Positions 25,558 to 34,991 of a stretch of DNA of 39,995 nt are shown here, piece after piece. The notes beneath the pieces are model-generated. The model worked only from the letters and a program-made list of their open reading frames with translations, did not search any database and had not been told where the DNA came from. A program made the translations under genes and the position numbers. Each line of letters starts with the position of its first letter. The first letter of the stretch is position 1. Origin of the DNA: Candidatus Micrarchaeota archaeon (lineage in GTDB: Archaea; Micrarchaeota; Micrarchaeia; Anstonellales; Bilamarchaeaceae); NCBI GenBank assembly GCA_032123335.1, contig JAQBFN010000051.1, positions 1-39,995 of the forward strand, written 5' to 3'.

Positions 25558-27282
25558 ATGGAAATGGAGGACCTCCTCATTAGCACAGGCGTAGACTCAT
25601 TGATACGCATCATCAAAGAGAAGAATAAGATAGATCTTTCAATGGCTTCCAAACTCCTTAACCTCCCCCAGACCACCGTTGAGGATTGGGCACACATTCT
25701 GGAGGAAGAGGGCATAATAAAAATCGATTACCAGCTCACAAAAGTCTACTTCATATGGCTTGCACCAACCGCCGAGCAGGTGGAACAGGATAAGGAAGTT
25801 TTCAGGAAAAGGAAGACCCAGGTGGAATCTGAAATCACGAAGTTTGATGAGATTCAGGAAAAGGGAAAGAGGGAGCTCCGCGAATACACAGATGCAATCG
25901 CAAAAATCTCGGAAAAATTCGAAAGGGATTTTGCAAGAATAGATGAGCTTTCCACGCAAATCGAATCTGCAAAAGAAACGAAAACAAAGGTTTCCAAGCA
26001 ATCCATAGAAAAAATCGACTCCCTTGGAACGAAGCTAAGCGAAATTGAAGGTTCAATAAAAGGGCTGGAGCTCCAGCTCGACAAAACCGGAAAGTCTTTT
26101 GAGGAAAAAGATATCTCCAAGAAACTCAGCAAGGTGGGGGATGCAAAATCCCATATTGAGGACATGGGCAAGCACCTTAACGAAATTGTGAACCGCGTTG
26201 ATGAGCTAAAGAGAACCTCCCCCACTGAAAAGGTTGAACTCGGTGGGGTGAAGGAGGAATTTGAAATCCTGAACGATGATTTCCAGAAGATGCACGAGGA
26301 ATCAGAATACCTCCGCTCAATGCTTTCTGAATTCAAGGCAAACGCAGATACAATTCGCGATGCGGTTACCCACATAAGGGAACTCTCAATAAATGCAGAA
26401 AAAACCCGCGTAAGGCTCCAGGCTGAATACGACCGCATAGAAACGCTCAAAACAGAGCTCCCGGAGCTTGAAAAGCAGATTGTGGATGACCTCGAAATTG
26501 CTGACCAGTATTCCGAAACAATCAGCATTGCCCAGGAAGTCCTGGAAAATGTCCCCACAAAAGCCGAAATACTTGACAAGCTCACTGCACTGGAAAAGGA
26601 CGAGGTGCGCATCTCCAAGGATTTCAAGAGGATAGAGTCTTCGCTTGCAGGCGTCCCAGGAAACGTCCTTTCCATAGGCGAGCTTATTGAAGAGCTGGAG
26701 GAAATGAAAACAGAAATCGAGGATGCAAGGTCCCAGCTCGCGGAAGACGCGGATGAAATCCTTTCTTCAATAGAGGAGGAAACGGCAACCTATGCCACCT
26801 TCCAGAAAATCAAGGCCAAAACAAAAATGGCTATAGATGCGTACCTTGCGCAGCTTGCAAAAATAAGGCAGGAAACATCTCAGCTCAAGCAGGGCCTTAA
26901 GTCTGCAAGGGACGAAAGCAAAAAGCAGATTGGGGAGCTCGCAGACCAAACCACCCCGGAAACCACAAAGAATGCAATGGCACTGGTTTCCCAGCTCAAA
27001 ACCAAGAAAGGTGAGCTCCAGAAAATCCGCACCCTCATCGCGGACCTCAATGCCCGCTCGGGCATGATTGAAAAAAATATCAGGCTCCTATCCAAAGAAG
27101 CAAAGCTCATCGCCCTCAGGGGCGAAGGGACCGGATCCCCGGACAAGAAAGGCAAGGGTGGCGGCGAAACCGAGGAGGAGGTAAAGGAAAAAATTTCCCT
27201 AACCTCTGAAGAGCAGGAAGAATTTGAGCGCAAAAGAAAGGAATTAAAAGGTCTTATACGTAAATTATGGGAGACCGATTGA
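25558..27282 (+). CDS. N-terminal winged-helix plus long coiled-coil protein; first gene of the pilus operon
   Basis: ISTGVDSLIRII..LSMASKLLN..TVEDWAHILEEEGII, followed by about 450 aa of heptad-rich sequence. No Walker A motif. Confidence 0.8.
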   Translation: MEMEDLLISTGVDSLIRIIKEKNKIDLSMASKLLNLPQTTVEDWAHILEEEGIIKIDYQLTKVYFIWLAPTAEQVEQDKEVFRKRKTQVESEITKFDEIQEKGKRELREYTDAIAKISEKFERDFARIDELSTQIESAKETKTKVSKQSIEKIDSLGTKLSEIEGSIKGLELQLDKTGKSFEEKDISKKLSKVGDAKSHIEDMGKHLNEIVNRVDELKRTSPTEKVELGGVKEEFEILNDDFQKMHEESEYLRSMLSEFKANADTIRDAVTHIRELSINAEKTRVRLQAEYDRIETLKTELPELEKQIVDDLEIADQYSETISIAQEVLENVPTKAEILDKLTALEKDEVRISKDFKRIESSLAGVPGNVLSIGELIEELEEMKTEIEDARSQLAEDADEILSSIEEETATYATFQKIKAKTKMAIDAYLAQLAKIRQETSQLKQGLKSARDESKKQIGELADQTTPETTKNAMALVSQLKTKKGELQKIRTLIADLNARSGMIEKNIRLLSKEAKLIALRGEGTGSPDKKGKGGGETEEEVKEKISLTSEEQEEFERKRKELKGLIRKLWETD

Positions 27283-27292
27283 TGGTGAATCC

Positions 27293-29125
27293 ATGGCAAA
27301 ACCAAAAAAATCATCCGGAAAAAGTTCGAAGAAGTCCCATTCCAAGAAGACGGTAAGGGACATTGTTAAGAGGATCAGGGAATCCCAGAGGGCCACGGCC
27401 GCAATGCGGTCCGCACCCCCTAAGGAAGCACCCCGGGAGATTCCAGAGCCTGAAGAGGAAATGGAAGAAACCGAAGAGCAGGTTGAGCAGCCGGTTAAGC
27501 AGGAAGAATACGAAGATGACCCTGAAGGGGGAGAAGATTACGAACCTGAAACCAAGGAGCCCGAAGAGGTTCCAAAAGAACTGGAAGTTGCTGCAGTAAT
27601 CGAGAGGGAGCAGGAATTCGCACCCCTCCCCGAGCGCGAGTCAAGGAAAATCAAGGTACTGGATTCATACACTTTCCTGAGCGAATCAATCCCCGTGGAA
27701 ATCACCATCGTCCAGAAGGAGGATTTCGTTCCCACCTACAGCATCTCAATCCCTGGAATCGCAGGTGGCACAAAACTACTCCTGGAAACAAAGCTCCGCG
27801 CAGACCTTATTTCCGATGTGAAGCTGGACATTACCGAAATCCTGGACCCGAAAAAGCAGGAACTGGTAAAGTCAAAATTCCAGGATTCCGCAATGAGGGT
27901 GCTTGCAAGGAACTTCCCCCAGCTCCCAGTGGAAAAGAGGAAAATACTCGCATCCTACCTTATCCAGAACACGCTTGGAATGGGAGAACTTGAAACCCCG
28001 CTCCACGATGAGTTCCTGGAAGAAGTTGTAGTAAACAACTCAAGGGACCCCGCATGGGTCTACCACAAGAAATACGGGTGGTGCAAAACCAACCTCCGCA
28101 TGAAGAACGAGGAGCGCATCTATGATTATGCAGCCCTGGTTGCAAGGAAGGTGGGGCGCCAGATAAACATCCTGAGCCCGCTCCTTGATGCACACCTTCC
28201 CAATGGGGACCGTGTAAACGCAACTCTGTTCCCAGTATCCAACTACGGGAACACCATGACCATCAGGAAGTTCTCAAGGAACCCGTGGACAATTACCAAC
28301 CTCATACGGGGCAAGACCATCAGCCCTGAGGTTGCAGCAACAATCTGGCTGTGTGTGCAGAGCGAGCTTTCCCTCCTTGTTTCCGGAGGAACAGGAAGCG
28401 GTAAAACATCTTTCCTGAACGCACTCGCAGGCCTCATTCCCGCAAGCCAGCGCATCATCAGCATTGAGGACACAAGGGAACTTACCCTCCCGTCTTTCCT
28501 CCACTGGGTGCCCATGGTCACCAGGGAGCCCAACCCCGAAGGGAAGGGAGAGGTTTCAATGCTTGACCTCATGGTGAATGCACTCAGGCAGAGGCCGGAC
28601 CGCATAGTTGTCGGAGAAGTAAGGCGCCAGAATGAAGCCGAGGTTCTCTTCGAGGCAATGCACACGGGCCACTCAGTTTACGCCACCCTGCACGCGGACA
28701 ATGCATCCCAGACAATAAGCAGGCTCATCAACCCCCCGATTAACGTTCCGGAGGAAAACCTGGACGCGCTCGCAGGAATTGTGGTGCAGTACAGGCAGAG
28801 AAGGCTCAACATCCGCAGGACACTGGAATTCGCAGAAGTAAGGGACCGCGGAGATCTCAACATGATTTACAGGTGGGACTCCAAGCGCGACGTTACAGTG
28901 AAATCCGGAAAGCTGGACCGCATTGCAAAAACAATCGAACTATACTCAGGCATTACCCCGAAGGAAATCGACCAGGATGTTGCAGATAAGGTTTCTGTGC
29001 TCAACTGGATGGTGAAGCATGGATACGAAGCCGTGAATGAAGTAGGATCAATCGTTTCCAACTATTACAAAACTCCGGAGGAAGTAATGTCGGCAGTAAA
29101 GAAGAACAAGGGATGGGAGTTCTGA
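27293..29125 (+). CDS. Type II/IV secretion ATPase (TadA/CpaF/FlaI-VirB11 family)
   Basis: Walker A GGTGSGKT, Asp box IEDTREL, LRQRPDRIVVGEVR and His box TGH..ATLHA. Confidence 0.95.
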   Translation: MAKPKKSSGKSSKKSHSKKTVRDIVKRIRESQRATAAMRSAPPKEAPREIPEPEEEMEETEEQVEQPVKQEEYEDDPEGGEDYEPETKEPEEVPKELEVAAVIEREQEFAPLPERESRKIKVLDSYTFLSESIPVEITIVQKEDFVPTYSISIPGIAGGTKLLLETKLRADLISDVKLDITEILDPKKQELVKSKFQDSAMRVLARNFPQLPVEKRKILASYLIQNTLGMGELETPLHDEFLEEVVVNNSRDPAWVYHKKYGWCKTNLRMKNEERIYDYAALVARKVGRQINILSPLLDAHLPNGDRVNATLFPVSNYGNTMTIRKFSRNPWTITNLIRGKTISPEVAATIWLCVQSELSLLVSGGTGSGKTSFLNALAGLIPASQRIISIEDTRELTLPSFLHWVPMVTREPNPEGKGEVSMLDLMVNALRQRPDRIVVGEVRRQNEAEVLFEAMHTGHSVYATLHADNASQTISRLINPPINVPEENLDALAGIVVQYRQRRLNIRRTLEFAEVRDRGDLNMIYRWDSKRDVTVKSGKLDRIAKTIELYSGITPKEIDQDVADKVSVLNWMVKHGYEAVNEVGSIVSNYYKTPEEVMSAVKKNKGWEF

Positions 29126-29135
29126 GGGTATCCGG

Positions 29136-30725
29136 ATGGATTTCAGGGCTGCCATAGATGAAGTTTCCCGGGTAGAACAGTCAGCAAGCGAGTACGTTCC
29201 TCCCAAGATCGAGAGGACGAAGGTGGAGCGCACGCTCGAATTATCCCCCCCGGATATCCATGAGATGGAGTACCCTGGCATACTAAACCAATATACCCGC
29301 ATGGAAAAGATCCTTAGTGCTTCCCAGATGGATGTGGAGATGTTTGGGGAAAAGAACAGTCCTTCCCCGGAGCCCACCCAGCCTGCCCCCAAGGCAGTGC
29401 AGAATGAAGCAAAGGAAATTGAAAAGGAAATGAAAAAGATAAGCGTGGAGGGGAAAAAAGAAGCAGAGGTTCCGCTCCCGCTCTCCGAAGAACTCAAAAC
29501 ACCTGAAGAGGTTGAGCCTTCGGTTCCCAGCCCGGCAGAACTCGAGCGGGCAAAAGCAGCAGAGGCTGCAGAGCATCCGCCCGAGCTTCCCAAAACCACC
29601 GAAATCCAGGAAACCATTGCCACTCCGGAAGAAGCTCCGGAACCAGGTCAAGAACCTGAAGAGGAAGAGGAGATTGTCCCTGAAGGCGAACTTATTCCTA
29701 TTCCTGATGATGCCCCTGTTCCTGAAGTGCCTATTGAGCTCCCTAAACCGGAGCCCGCACCTGTTCCCGCTATAATAAGGAAGGAGATCCTCCCCGGGCC
29801 CCAGGAATCAGGAGTACCTGCACTCAACATTGTATTCCCCGCAGCCCTGAACGAATCTCCCCTCAAAAAAGCAGAAGAAACAATAACCCGGCTGGAAACC
29901 CAGTTAGGGAGCCAGATGACTGGGAAAACCACCAAGAAAGTAAATCTGGAAGACACAAAAAAGCGCATGATGGAGCTAACAAGGGAACTGTTCAAGGAGC
30001 GCTCCATGGACAGGCGTGCAGAAATCAAGAAGGAAATCGTTATGCTCAGGGGTCTGCTCAAAGGAAAAGGCGGAAAAGCAGCCGCGGGAGGACTCCCAAA
30101 AGGTTCGCTCTATACTGCCCTCAAAAACGAGCAGGAAATGGAAGTAAAGGAAGCAAAAAACAGGATATATTCAATATACTCGGAGAACCTCAAGAGCCTC
30201 CTCGCCGCAATGGAAGCCCAGCGCGCGGTTGAGCACAGGGAGCCTGCATTCGAAACATTCTCAAAAAACATTGTGCACCTTGAGCACACCCTCATGGAAA
30301 TAATAGAGAGGTACCAGAATTACCTCACCGCAAAGCACAGCGCGGAGCTTGCAAAGCTCAAAGCCAGGGGCCAGTCCACTCCTGAATCCGAAACACTCAA
30401 AGGCACTCTCAAGGATTTCTATTCACATGATTTTTCCTCACTTAAGAATTCAATAGGGGAAGAGATACATTCCCAGCTTGAAACAAAGCGCGCAGTCCTA
30501 TTTGAAGCTGCAGGCGATCCAGATGCGATGAAGCTTTCCCAGGTGGCAAGCACCTCGGAGGAATCCCTGTTCAACCTGCTTCAGGCAAAGGATTCGCGCA
30601 CATACGATAAGTATGCAAGAGGGGAAATCGAGCGTTCTGATGCACTGATGATTGCAAGGAAACTGATGGCAAAGGAAACAGGCCTCGATGAGGATACTAT
30701 AAATAAACGTTTTGGTGGAAAGTAG
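29136..30725 (+). CDS. Hypothetical pilus-operon protein (Pro/Glu-rich linker plus helical C-terminal half)
   Basis: 529-aa ORF between the ATPase and the platform genes, with no TM or signal peptide. Confidence 0.75.
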   Translation: MDFRAAIDEVSRVEQSASEYVPPKIERTKVERTLELSPPDIHEMEYPGILNQYTRMEKILSASQMDVEMFGEKNSPSPEPTQPAPKAVQNEAKEIEKEMKKISVEGKKEAEVPLPLSEELKTPEEVEPSVPSPAELERAKAAEAAEHPPELPKTTEIQETIATPEEAPEPGQEPEEEEEIVPEGELIPIPDDAPVPEVPIELPKPEPAPVPAIIRKEILPGPQESGVPALNIVFPAALNESPLKKAEETITRLETQLGSQMTGKTTKKVNLEDTKKRMMELTRELFKERSMDRRAEIKKEIVMLRGLLKGKGGKAAAGGLPKGSLYTALKNEQEMEVKEAKNRIYSIYSENLKSLLAAMEAQRAVEHREPAFETFSKNIVHLEHTLMEIIERYQNYLTAKHSAELAKLKARGQSTPESETLKGTLKDFYSHDFSSLKNSIGEEIHSQLETKRAVLFEAAGDPDAMKLSQVASTSEESLFNLLQAKDSRTYDKYARGEIERSDALMIARKLMAKETGLDEDTINKRFGGK

Positions 30726-30751
30726 TATTATAATATTTATTTGGTGAAGAC

Positions 30752-31651
30752 ATGGCAAGCCCGAAGAAAACAATAGTGACCCCCGTTGCCCTTCCAGCAA
30801 GGGCCTCTGGAAAAAGAGGGCCTATCCGCTCCCTTTCCGAATTCATCCTTCCATATTTCCCTACGTTAAGGAAGAAGATGATTCTCGCTGACATGAAGGA
30901 TGTGCCCGAAAGGTTTATGGACAAGGCAATTGTTTCCGCATTTTTCTCTGCACTTGCCCTAGCAGTGCTCACATTCGTGGTCCTGGATGTTTCTGCTGTA
31001 AGCATGGCCGCCATCTTCAGCGTGCTGCTGTTCTTCTTATACATTATATTCTCATTCTTTTACTTCATGATGTACCCATCAGTAATGGTGCTCAAGAGGA
31101 AGAAGTCAATAGATTATGAACTTGTTTTCGCAGTGAGGCACCTCCTCATCGGGCTCCGCTCTGGAATGCCCCTGTTTGATGCAATGGTAGGTATCTCAAG
31201 AGGCTATGGTGAAGTAAGCAGGGAATTCAACAGGATTGTTGAAAAAATAACCCTGGGAACGCCCATTGCCCAGGCAATAAGGGAGGTGGTGCAAACCAAC
31301 CCCTCCCCTTCATTCAGAAGGATAATGATTCAGCTCGCAAACTCCGTTGGCTCTGGTGCGGATGTTGCGGATTCCCTTGAAGTGGTGCTGAACCAGGTCT
31401 TCAGGGAACAGATAATCGAGCTCAAGGCATACGGGCAGAAGCTTAACCCCCTCATCATGTTCTACATGATTTTCGGGATTATCTTCCCTTCACTCGGCCT
31501 TGCGTTTGCGATTATACTCTTTTCGTTCATTGGCTCCGGGAGATTTACTCTCAATGCACCTGTATTGCTCCTTTTCCTGCTTATGGTGGGAGTGGTACAA
31601 TTCATGTTCCTGTCAATGGTGGAAACTTCCAGGCCAAAGTATGCATTCTGA
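30752..31651 (+). CDS. Type II secretion system F / TadB-C / FlaJ-like pilus platform protein
   Basis: TM helices; LRSGMPLFDAM..YGEVSREF..IV..I.LG; NPS..FRR..QL...GSGADV. GGTGA SD. Confidence 0.9.
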   Translation: MASPKKTIVTPVALPARASGKRGPIRSLSEFILPYFPTLRKKMILADMKDVPERFMDKAIVSAFFSALALAVLTFVVLDVSAVSMAAIFSVLLFFLYIIFSFFYFMMYPSVMVLKRKKSIDYELVFAVRHLLIGLRSGMPLFDAMVGISRGYGEVSREFNRIVEKITLGTPIAQAIREVVQTNPSPSFRRIMIQLANSVGSGADVADSLEVVLNQVFREQIIELKAYGQKLNPLIMFYMIFGIIFPSLGLAFAIILFSFIGSGRFTLNAPVLLLFLLMVGVVQFMFLSMVETSRPKYAF

Positions 31652-31660
31652 GGGATTATT

Positions 31661-32731
31661 ATGAGCGCACTCATGGGTTTTTACGAAACAATCGGGAGGC
31701 TTCTTTCAAGGAAGCGCATAAGGGCTATCGAGAAGTCCCTTGCAGGAGCAGGCATAATGGTCCCTGCAGAGTCATTCATGGGATTCTTCATTGTGCTTAA
31801 CGTGCTTGTGGGCCTGTTACTGTTTCTTGTGTTCCTTAACACATCTGCAGTTCCCAAGTTCATTTATGCAATGCTGGGCACAGCATTCCTGGTTCCGGAC
31901 ATCATTTCCATAATCATAAGCTTCATTGCAGCATTCGTAGTTACTTTCCTTGCCACATACGTTCTTGTATGGACAGTAATCCTGCTCCAGACCGAAGCAA
32001 GGAAAAACGCAGTGGAGGAAGTCCTTCCTGATTTCCTCACCCTGGTTGCAGGGAACGTGCGTTCAGGAATGACCCTTGACCAGGCAATGTGGTATGCCGC
32101 AAAGCCTGATTACGGCCTCTTCTCAATTGAGGTAAAACGGGTAATCAAGAGCGCCTTCTCCGGTGAACCAATCGAGAAATCCCTGGACCACCTGGACATG
32201 CGCTTCAATTCCCGTGTGCTCCACAGAACCCTCCTTCTCCTGAAGCAGGCACTTGCAACAGGTGGTGAAATCGCGGAAATCCTTGAGGAGACCGCGCAGG
32301 ATGCAAGGGAAGTGTCGATGCACAAAAAGGACATCGCAACAACCCTTCTCGTATACATAATCTTCCTTGTATTCGCCTCCTCAATCGGGGCGCCCTTCCT
32401 GTTCTCAGTGGCAACAAACCTCATCAGCGTTCTCGCGATGGCGTTTGCATACATGCCCGCAGGGGGGATTGATGCAGGGGCATCAGGAATGCCCGCAAGC
32501 TTCCTCGTAACCCCAACTGCACCTTCCGTAAGCACTGAAGAGTTCTTCTGGTTCAGCATGGCGCTGGTCTTCGTAACCGCTCTTATCTCCTCCCTCTTGC
32601 TTGGGATAATTCGGGCAGGCTCAAAGACCCAGGGAATAAAGTACTTCCCGTTCCTGCTGTTACTATCTTACGCGGTGTACTTTTTGGTGGCATCCTTCCT
32701 GGATTCACTGTTCGCAAGTATGTTCTTCTAG
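31661..32731 (+). CDS. Type II secretion system F / TadC-like pilus platform protein
   Basis: EEVLPDFL.LVA.NVRSGMT.DQA..YG.FS.E and TGGEIAEILEE, with multiple TM helices. Confidence 0.9.
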   Translation: MSALMGFYETIGRLLSRKRIRAIEKSLAGAGIMVPAESFMGFFIVLNVLVGLLLFLVFLNTSAVPKFIYAMLGTAFLVPDIISIIISFIAAFVVTFLATYVLVWTVILLQTEARKNAVEEVLPDFLTLVAGNVRSGMTLDQAMWYAAKPDYGLFSIEVKRVIKSAFSGEPIEKSLDHLDMRFNSRVLHRTLLLLKQALATGGEIAEILEETAQDAREVSMHKKDIATTLLVYIIFLVFASSIGAPFLFSVATNLISVLAMAFAYMPAGGIDAGASGMPASFLVTPTAPSVSTEEFFWFSMALVFVTALISSLLLGIIRAGSKTQGIKYFPFLLLLSYAVYFLVASFLDSLFASMFF

Positions 32732-32737
32732 GTGATA

Positions 32738-33283
32738 ATGATGAAAAATTACAGAAAAGGTCAGGCGGCGATGGAGTACCTGATGACTTACGGGTGGGCG
32801 CTGCTCGCAATTGTTATTGTAATTGCTGCGCTTATTTATTTGAACCCGTTCAGGGCACCTGAGTTGTGTCTGTTCCAGCAGCAGGGATTCTCATGCAGCG
32901 AACCAAACCCTCAGCTTTACTCTGATGGTGGCGATGTAAGCATGAACGTCCGTATCTGGAACAAGCTCGGAAAGACCGTGAAAGTCCACGGAGTCCTCTG
33001 CACAAATGCACAGGTGACAGATGTTGCGCTAGAGAATGCAAATGAATACGTTCCTCCAGAAACAATCCCAACAGGGAGTTCAGAGGATTTCTTAAACGTA
33101 CGTTGCAGAGATTCTGATGGATACCTGGTGCAGATGCAGCCAAACGAGGAATTCCGCGGAAAGATGCTTGTCTGGTACAACTATGTGGATGACATAAACG
33201 AGAACATAAAGCACGAGGCACAGGCAAACGTCATCTCAGTGGTTGTTGAAGGGCAGGACGCAATAATAACTGAAGAGCGCTAA
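32738..33283 (+). CDS. Archaeal type IV pilin with class III signal peptide
   Basis: KNYRKG/QAAMEYLMTYGWALLAIVIVIAALIYL: basic leader, G/Q cleavage site, E at +5 and a hydrophobic helix. GGTGA SD. Confidence 0.9.
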   Translation: MMKNYRKGQAAMEYLMTYGWALLAIVIVIAALIYLNPFRAPELCLFQQQGFSCSEPNPQLYSDGGDVSMNVRIWNKLGKTVKVHGVLCTNAQVTDVALENANEYVPPETIPTGSSEDFLNVRCRDSDGYLVQMQPNEEFRGKMLVWYNYVDDINENIKHEAQANVISVVVEGQDAIITEER

Positions 33284-33286
33284 ACC

Positions 33287-33318
33287 TTTTTTTTCCCTTT
33301 TTTCTTTTCTTCTTTTCT
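33287..33318 (+). terminator. Oligo-T terminator ending the pilus operon
   Basis: TTTTTTTTCCCTTTTTTCTTTTCTTCTTTT after the pilin stop. Confidence 0.7.
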
Positions 33319-33330
33319 AGATTAATTAAG

Positions 33331-34527
33331 TTAGGTACCTACTTTCTTCCCCTTCTCCATCGCATTGATAAGAATCGGGAACAAATCCCATCCATCCACG
33401 TGCCCCAGGCCTCCGTACATGCACGCAACTTCAGTGAATCTCTTGCAGAAATCAACCCTGAACCCTTTTCCCCAGCAAAGCAAAGGAACCTCGTGCCCCG
33501 TATGCTCCCCGATTGAGCACGGAGTCGAATGGTCCCCGGTAATCACAATATTCGCCCCGGTTTTCATGAGCGCAGGAATCAACTCTTTATCCACCCGCTC
33601 AATCACTTTTTTCTTGCATACGCAATCTTTATCATGCGCGCAACTATCCGTAGCCTTTACGTGCACAAACACAAAATCATGGTTCTTCAGCGCAGCCACA
33701 GCATGCTTTGCTTTCGCCTTCAAATCAGTATTTTTAGTTCCGGTAGCCTCTTTCACATAAAGCACATCCATCCCGATGTACTCCGCTACTCCCTTGTACA
33801 ATGCACCTCCAGCAACACAGGCCCCCGTAATCCCAAATCTTTTTGCAAACGGCTCCACATTCCGATAGGTTCCAGCCCCTCTGCAAATCACAGCGTTCGC
33901 AGGCAACTCCCTACCCTTATTCTCCTTCGCTTTCCCAAGAATATCCATTGCTTTCTTTGTAAACTCATTCAGCACTTTTGCAGTCTTCTCACTCCCTTTC
34001 TTCAGCGCCTTGCTCTGCGGAACCCTCTCCAGCGCATGCGGGTCGGTTCCGGAAACGTGCGCTTCCAGCCCCTTCCCCCGCAATATCAAAACTCCCCTAT
34101 GCTCAACAGTATTAACAAAAGTAACTTCTACCCCCGCAATCGTCACCTTCTTCAGGAGCTTTGCAAGCGTGCGCGCATCCGCAGTACCAATCCTTCCTGC
34201 CCGCCTATCCACAATTTTCCCATCTTTCACGGTTGCAAAGTTCGCACGGAAAGCAACATCCCCTTCCTTCAGCGTAATCCCGGACCCAAGGGCCTCAAGC
34301 GGCCCCCTTCCGCAGTAGAAATCCCAGTATGGATACCCAAGCAGGGTAAGGTGTGAGGTATCGCTCCCAGGAACATTCCCCTTACCTATGGGGGAAAGCA
34401 TCCCAAGTATTCCTTCCTTCGCCATTTTATCCATATTCGGGGTTTTAGCAGCAGAAAGCGGAGTTTCCCCCTTCCGGTCCGGAAGGTCTCCGAGCCCATC
34501 CATAATAAGCAATATTCCCTTTTCCAT
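33331..34527 (-). CDS. apgM: 2,3-bisphosphoglycerate-independent phosphoglycerate mutase (archaeal type)
   Basis: IMDGLGD, TPL.AA.TPNMD, PGSDTSHL, GRGPLEALG, DRRAGRI, HVKATD..AHD and TGDHSTP..HT. Confidence 0.95.
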   Translation of the reverse strand: MEKGILLIMDGLGDLPDRKGETPLSAAKTPNMDKMAKEGILGMLSPIGKGNVPGSDTSHLTLLGYPYWDFYCGRGPLEALGSGITLKEGDVAFRANFATVKDGKIVDRRAGRIGTADARTLAKLLKKVTIAGVEVTFVNTVEHRGVLILRGKGLEAHVSGTDPHALERVPQSKALKKGSEKTAKVLNEFTKKAMDILGKAKENKGRELPANAVICRGAGTYRNVEPFAKRFGITGACVAGGALYKGVAEYIGMDVLYVKEATGTKNTDLKAKAKHAVAALKNHDFVFVHVKATDSCAHDKDCVCKKKVIERVDKELIPALMKTGANIVITGDHSTPCSIGEHTGHEVPLLCWGKGFRVDFCKRFTEVACMYGGLGHVDGWDLFPILINAMEKGKKVGT

Positions 34528-34599
34528 ACTCCATAACTCTAAAATAAAGATTAAAGGCTTTTGGGCTGTGCCAAAACGCAAATAATTAGTTTACTTCAC

Positions 34600-34628
34600 T
34601 AAAAATAAAATAAATAAAAAAAAGAAAC
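34600..34628 (-). terminator. Oligo-T terminator of the small zinc-ribbon gene
   Basis: Minus strand reads TTTCTTTTTTTTATTTATTTTATTTTT about 40 nt after the stop. Confidence 0.5.
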
Positions 34629-34664
34629 TAAATTCTGAATAACTCTAAATGATTAGAATTCTCT

Positions 34665-34814
34665 CTAGAACCTAGGTCTCTTTGGCCTGTAGCAGTCTCT
34701 GCAGTACACAGGCCTATCTTCGGTAGGCTTGAAAGGCACCTGGCAGGCTTTCCCACACTTGGAGCAAACTGCATCGTGCATTTCTTTTTCAGGCCTTCCG
34801 CCTTCGTTATCCAT
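34665..34814 (-). CDS. Small CxxC-x17-CxxC zinc-ribbon protein (49 aa, not in the ORF track)
   Basis: Translates as MDNEGGRPEKEMHDAVCSKCGKACQVPFKPTEDRPVYCRDCYRPKRPRF*. AGGTGA SD at 34821-34826. Confidence 0.92.
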   Translation of the reverse strand: MDNEGGRPEKEMHDAVCSKCGKACQVPFKPTEDRPVYCRDCYRPKRPRF

Positions 34815-34837
34815 ACATATTCACCTATTTTTTTAGT

Positions 34838-34855
34838 CCCGGACTTACGTCCGAG
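34838..34855 (-). promoter_or_regulatory. GNRA-tetraloop hairpin in the 5' UTR of the zinc-ribbon gene
   Basis: CUCGGAC-GUAA-GUCCGGG (7 bp including one G-U pair), between an AT-rich TATA region (about 34874-34887) and the SD. Confidence 0.5.
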
Positions 34856-34991
34856 CTGGCTTATTTAAGATTGTATATATTAATAAACCTGTCTATGGGC
34901 CAGGTTGCCACTAGGTCCGCAAATTCCCTTTACCGGCAACCCACCCCCAGAAAACCTTTAATAATCCCTCCGAACATATATACCAAATCCT

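Noticed and set aside
25558..27282. SMC/Rad50 or chemoreceptor assignment for the coiled-coil protein
   Set aside because: No Walker A/B, ABC signature, hinge, zinc hook or MCP signalling hairpin motif.
27293..33283. Archaellum operon
   Set aside because: No FlaH, FlaF/G or archaellin-like sequence. Two separate platform genes and a QAAMEY pilin indicate a pilus.
34582..34991. Replication origin or ncRNA in the apparently empty gap upstream of mcm
   Set aside because: The gap is explained by a small zinc-ribbon gene with its terminator and promoters. There are no ORB repeats and no cdc6/orc1 nearby.
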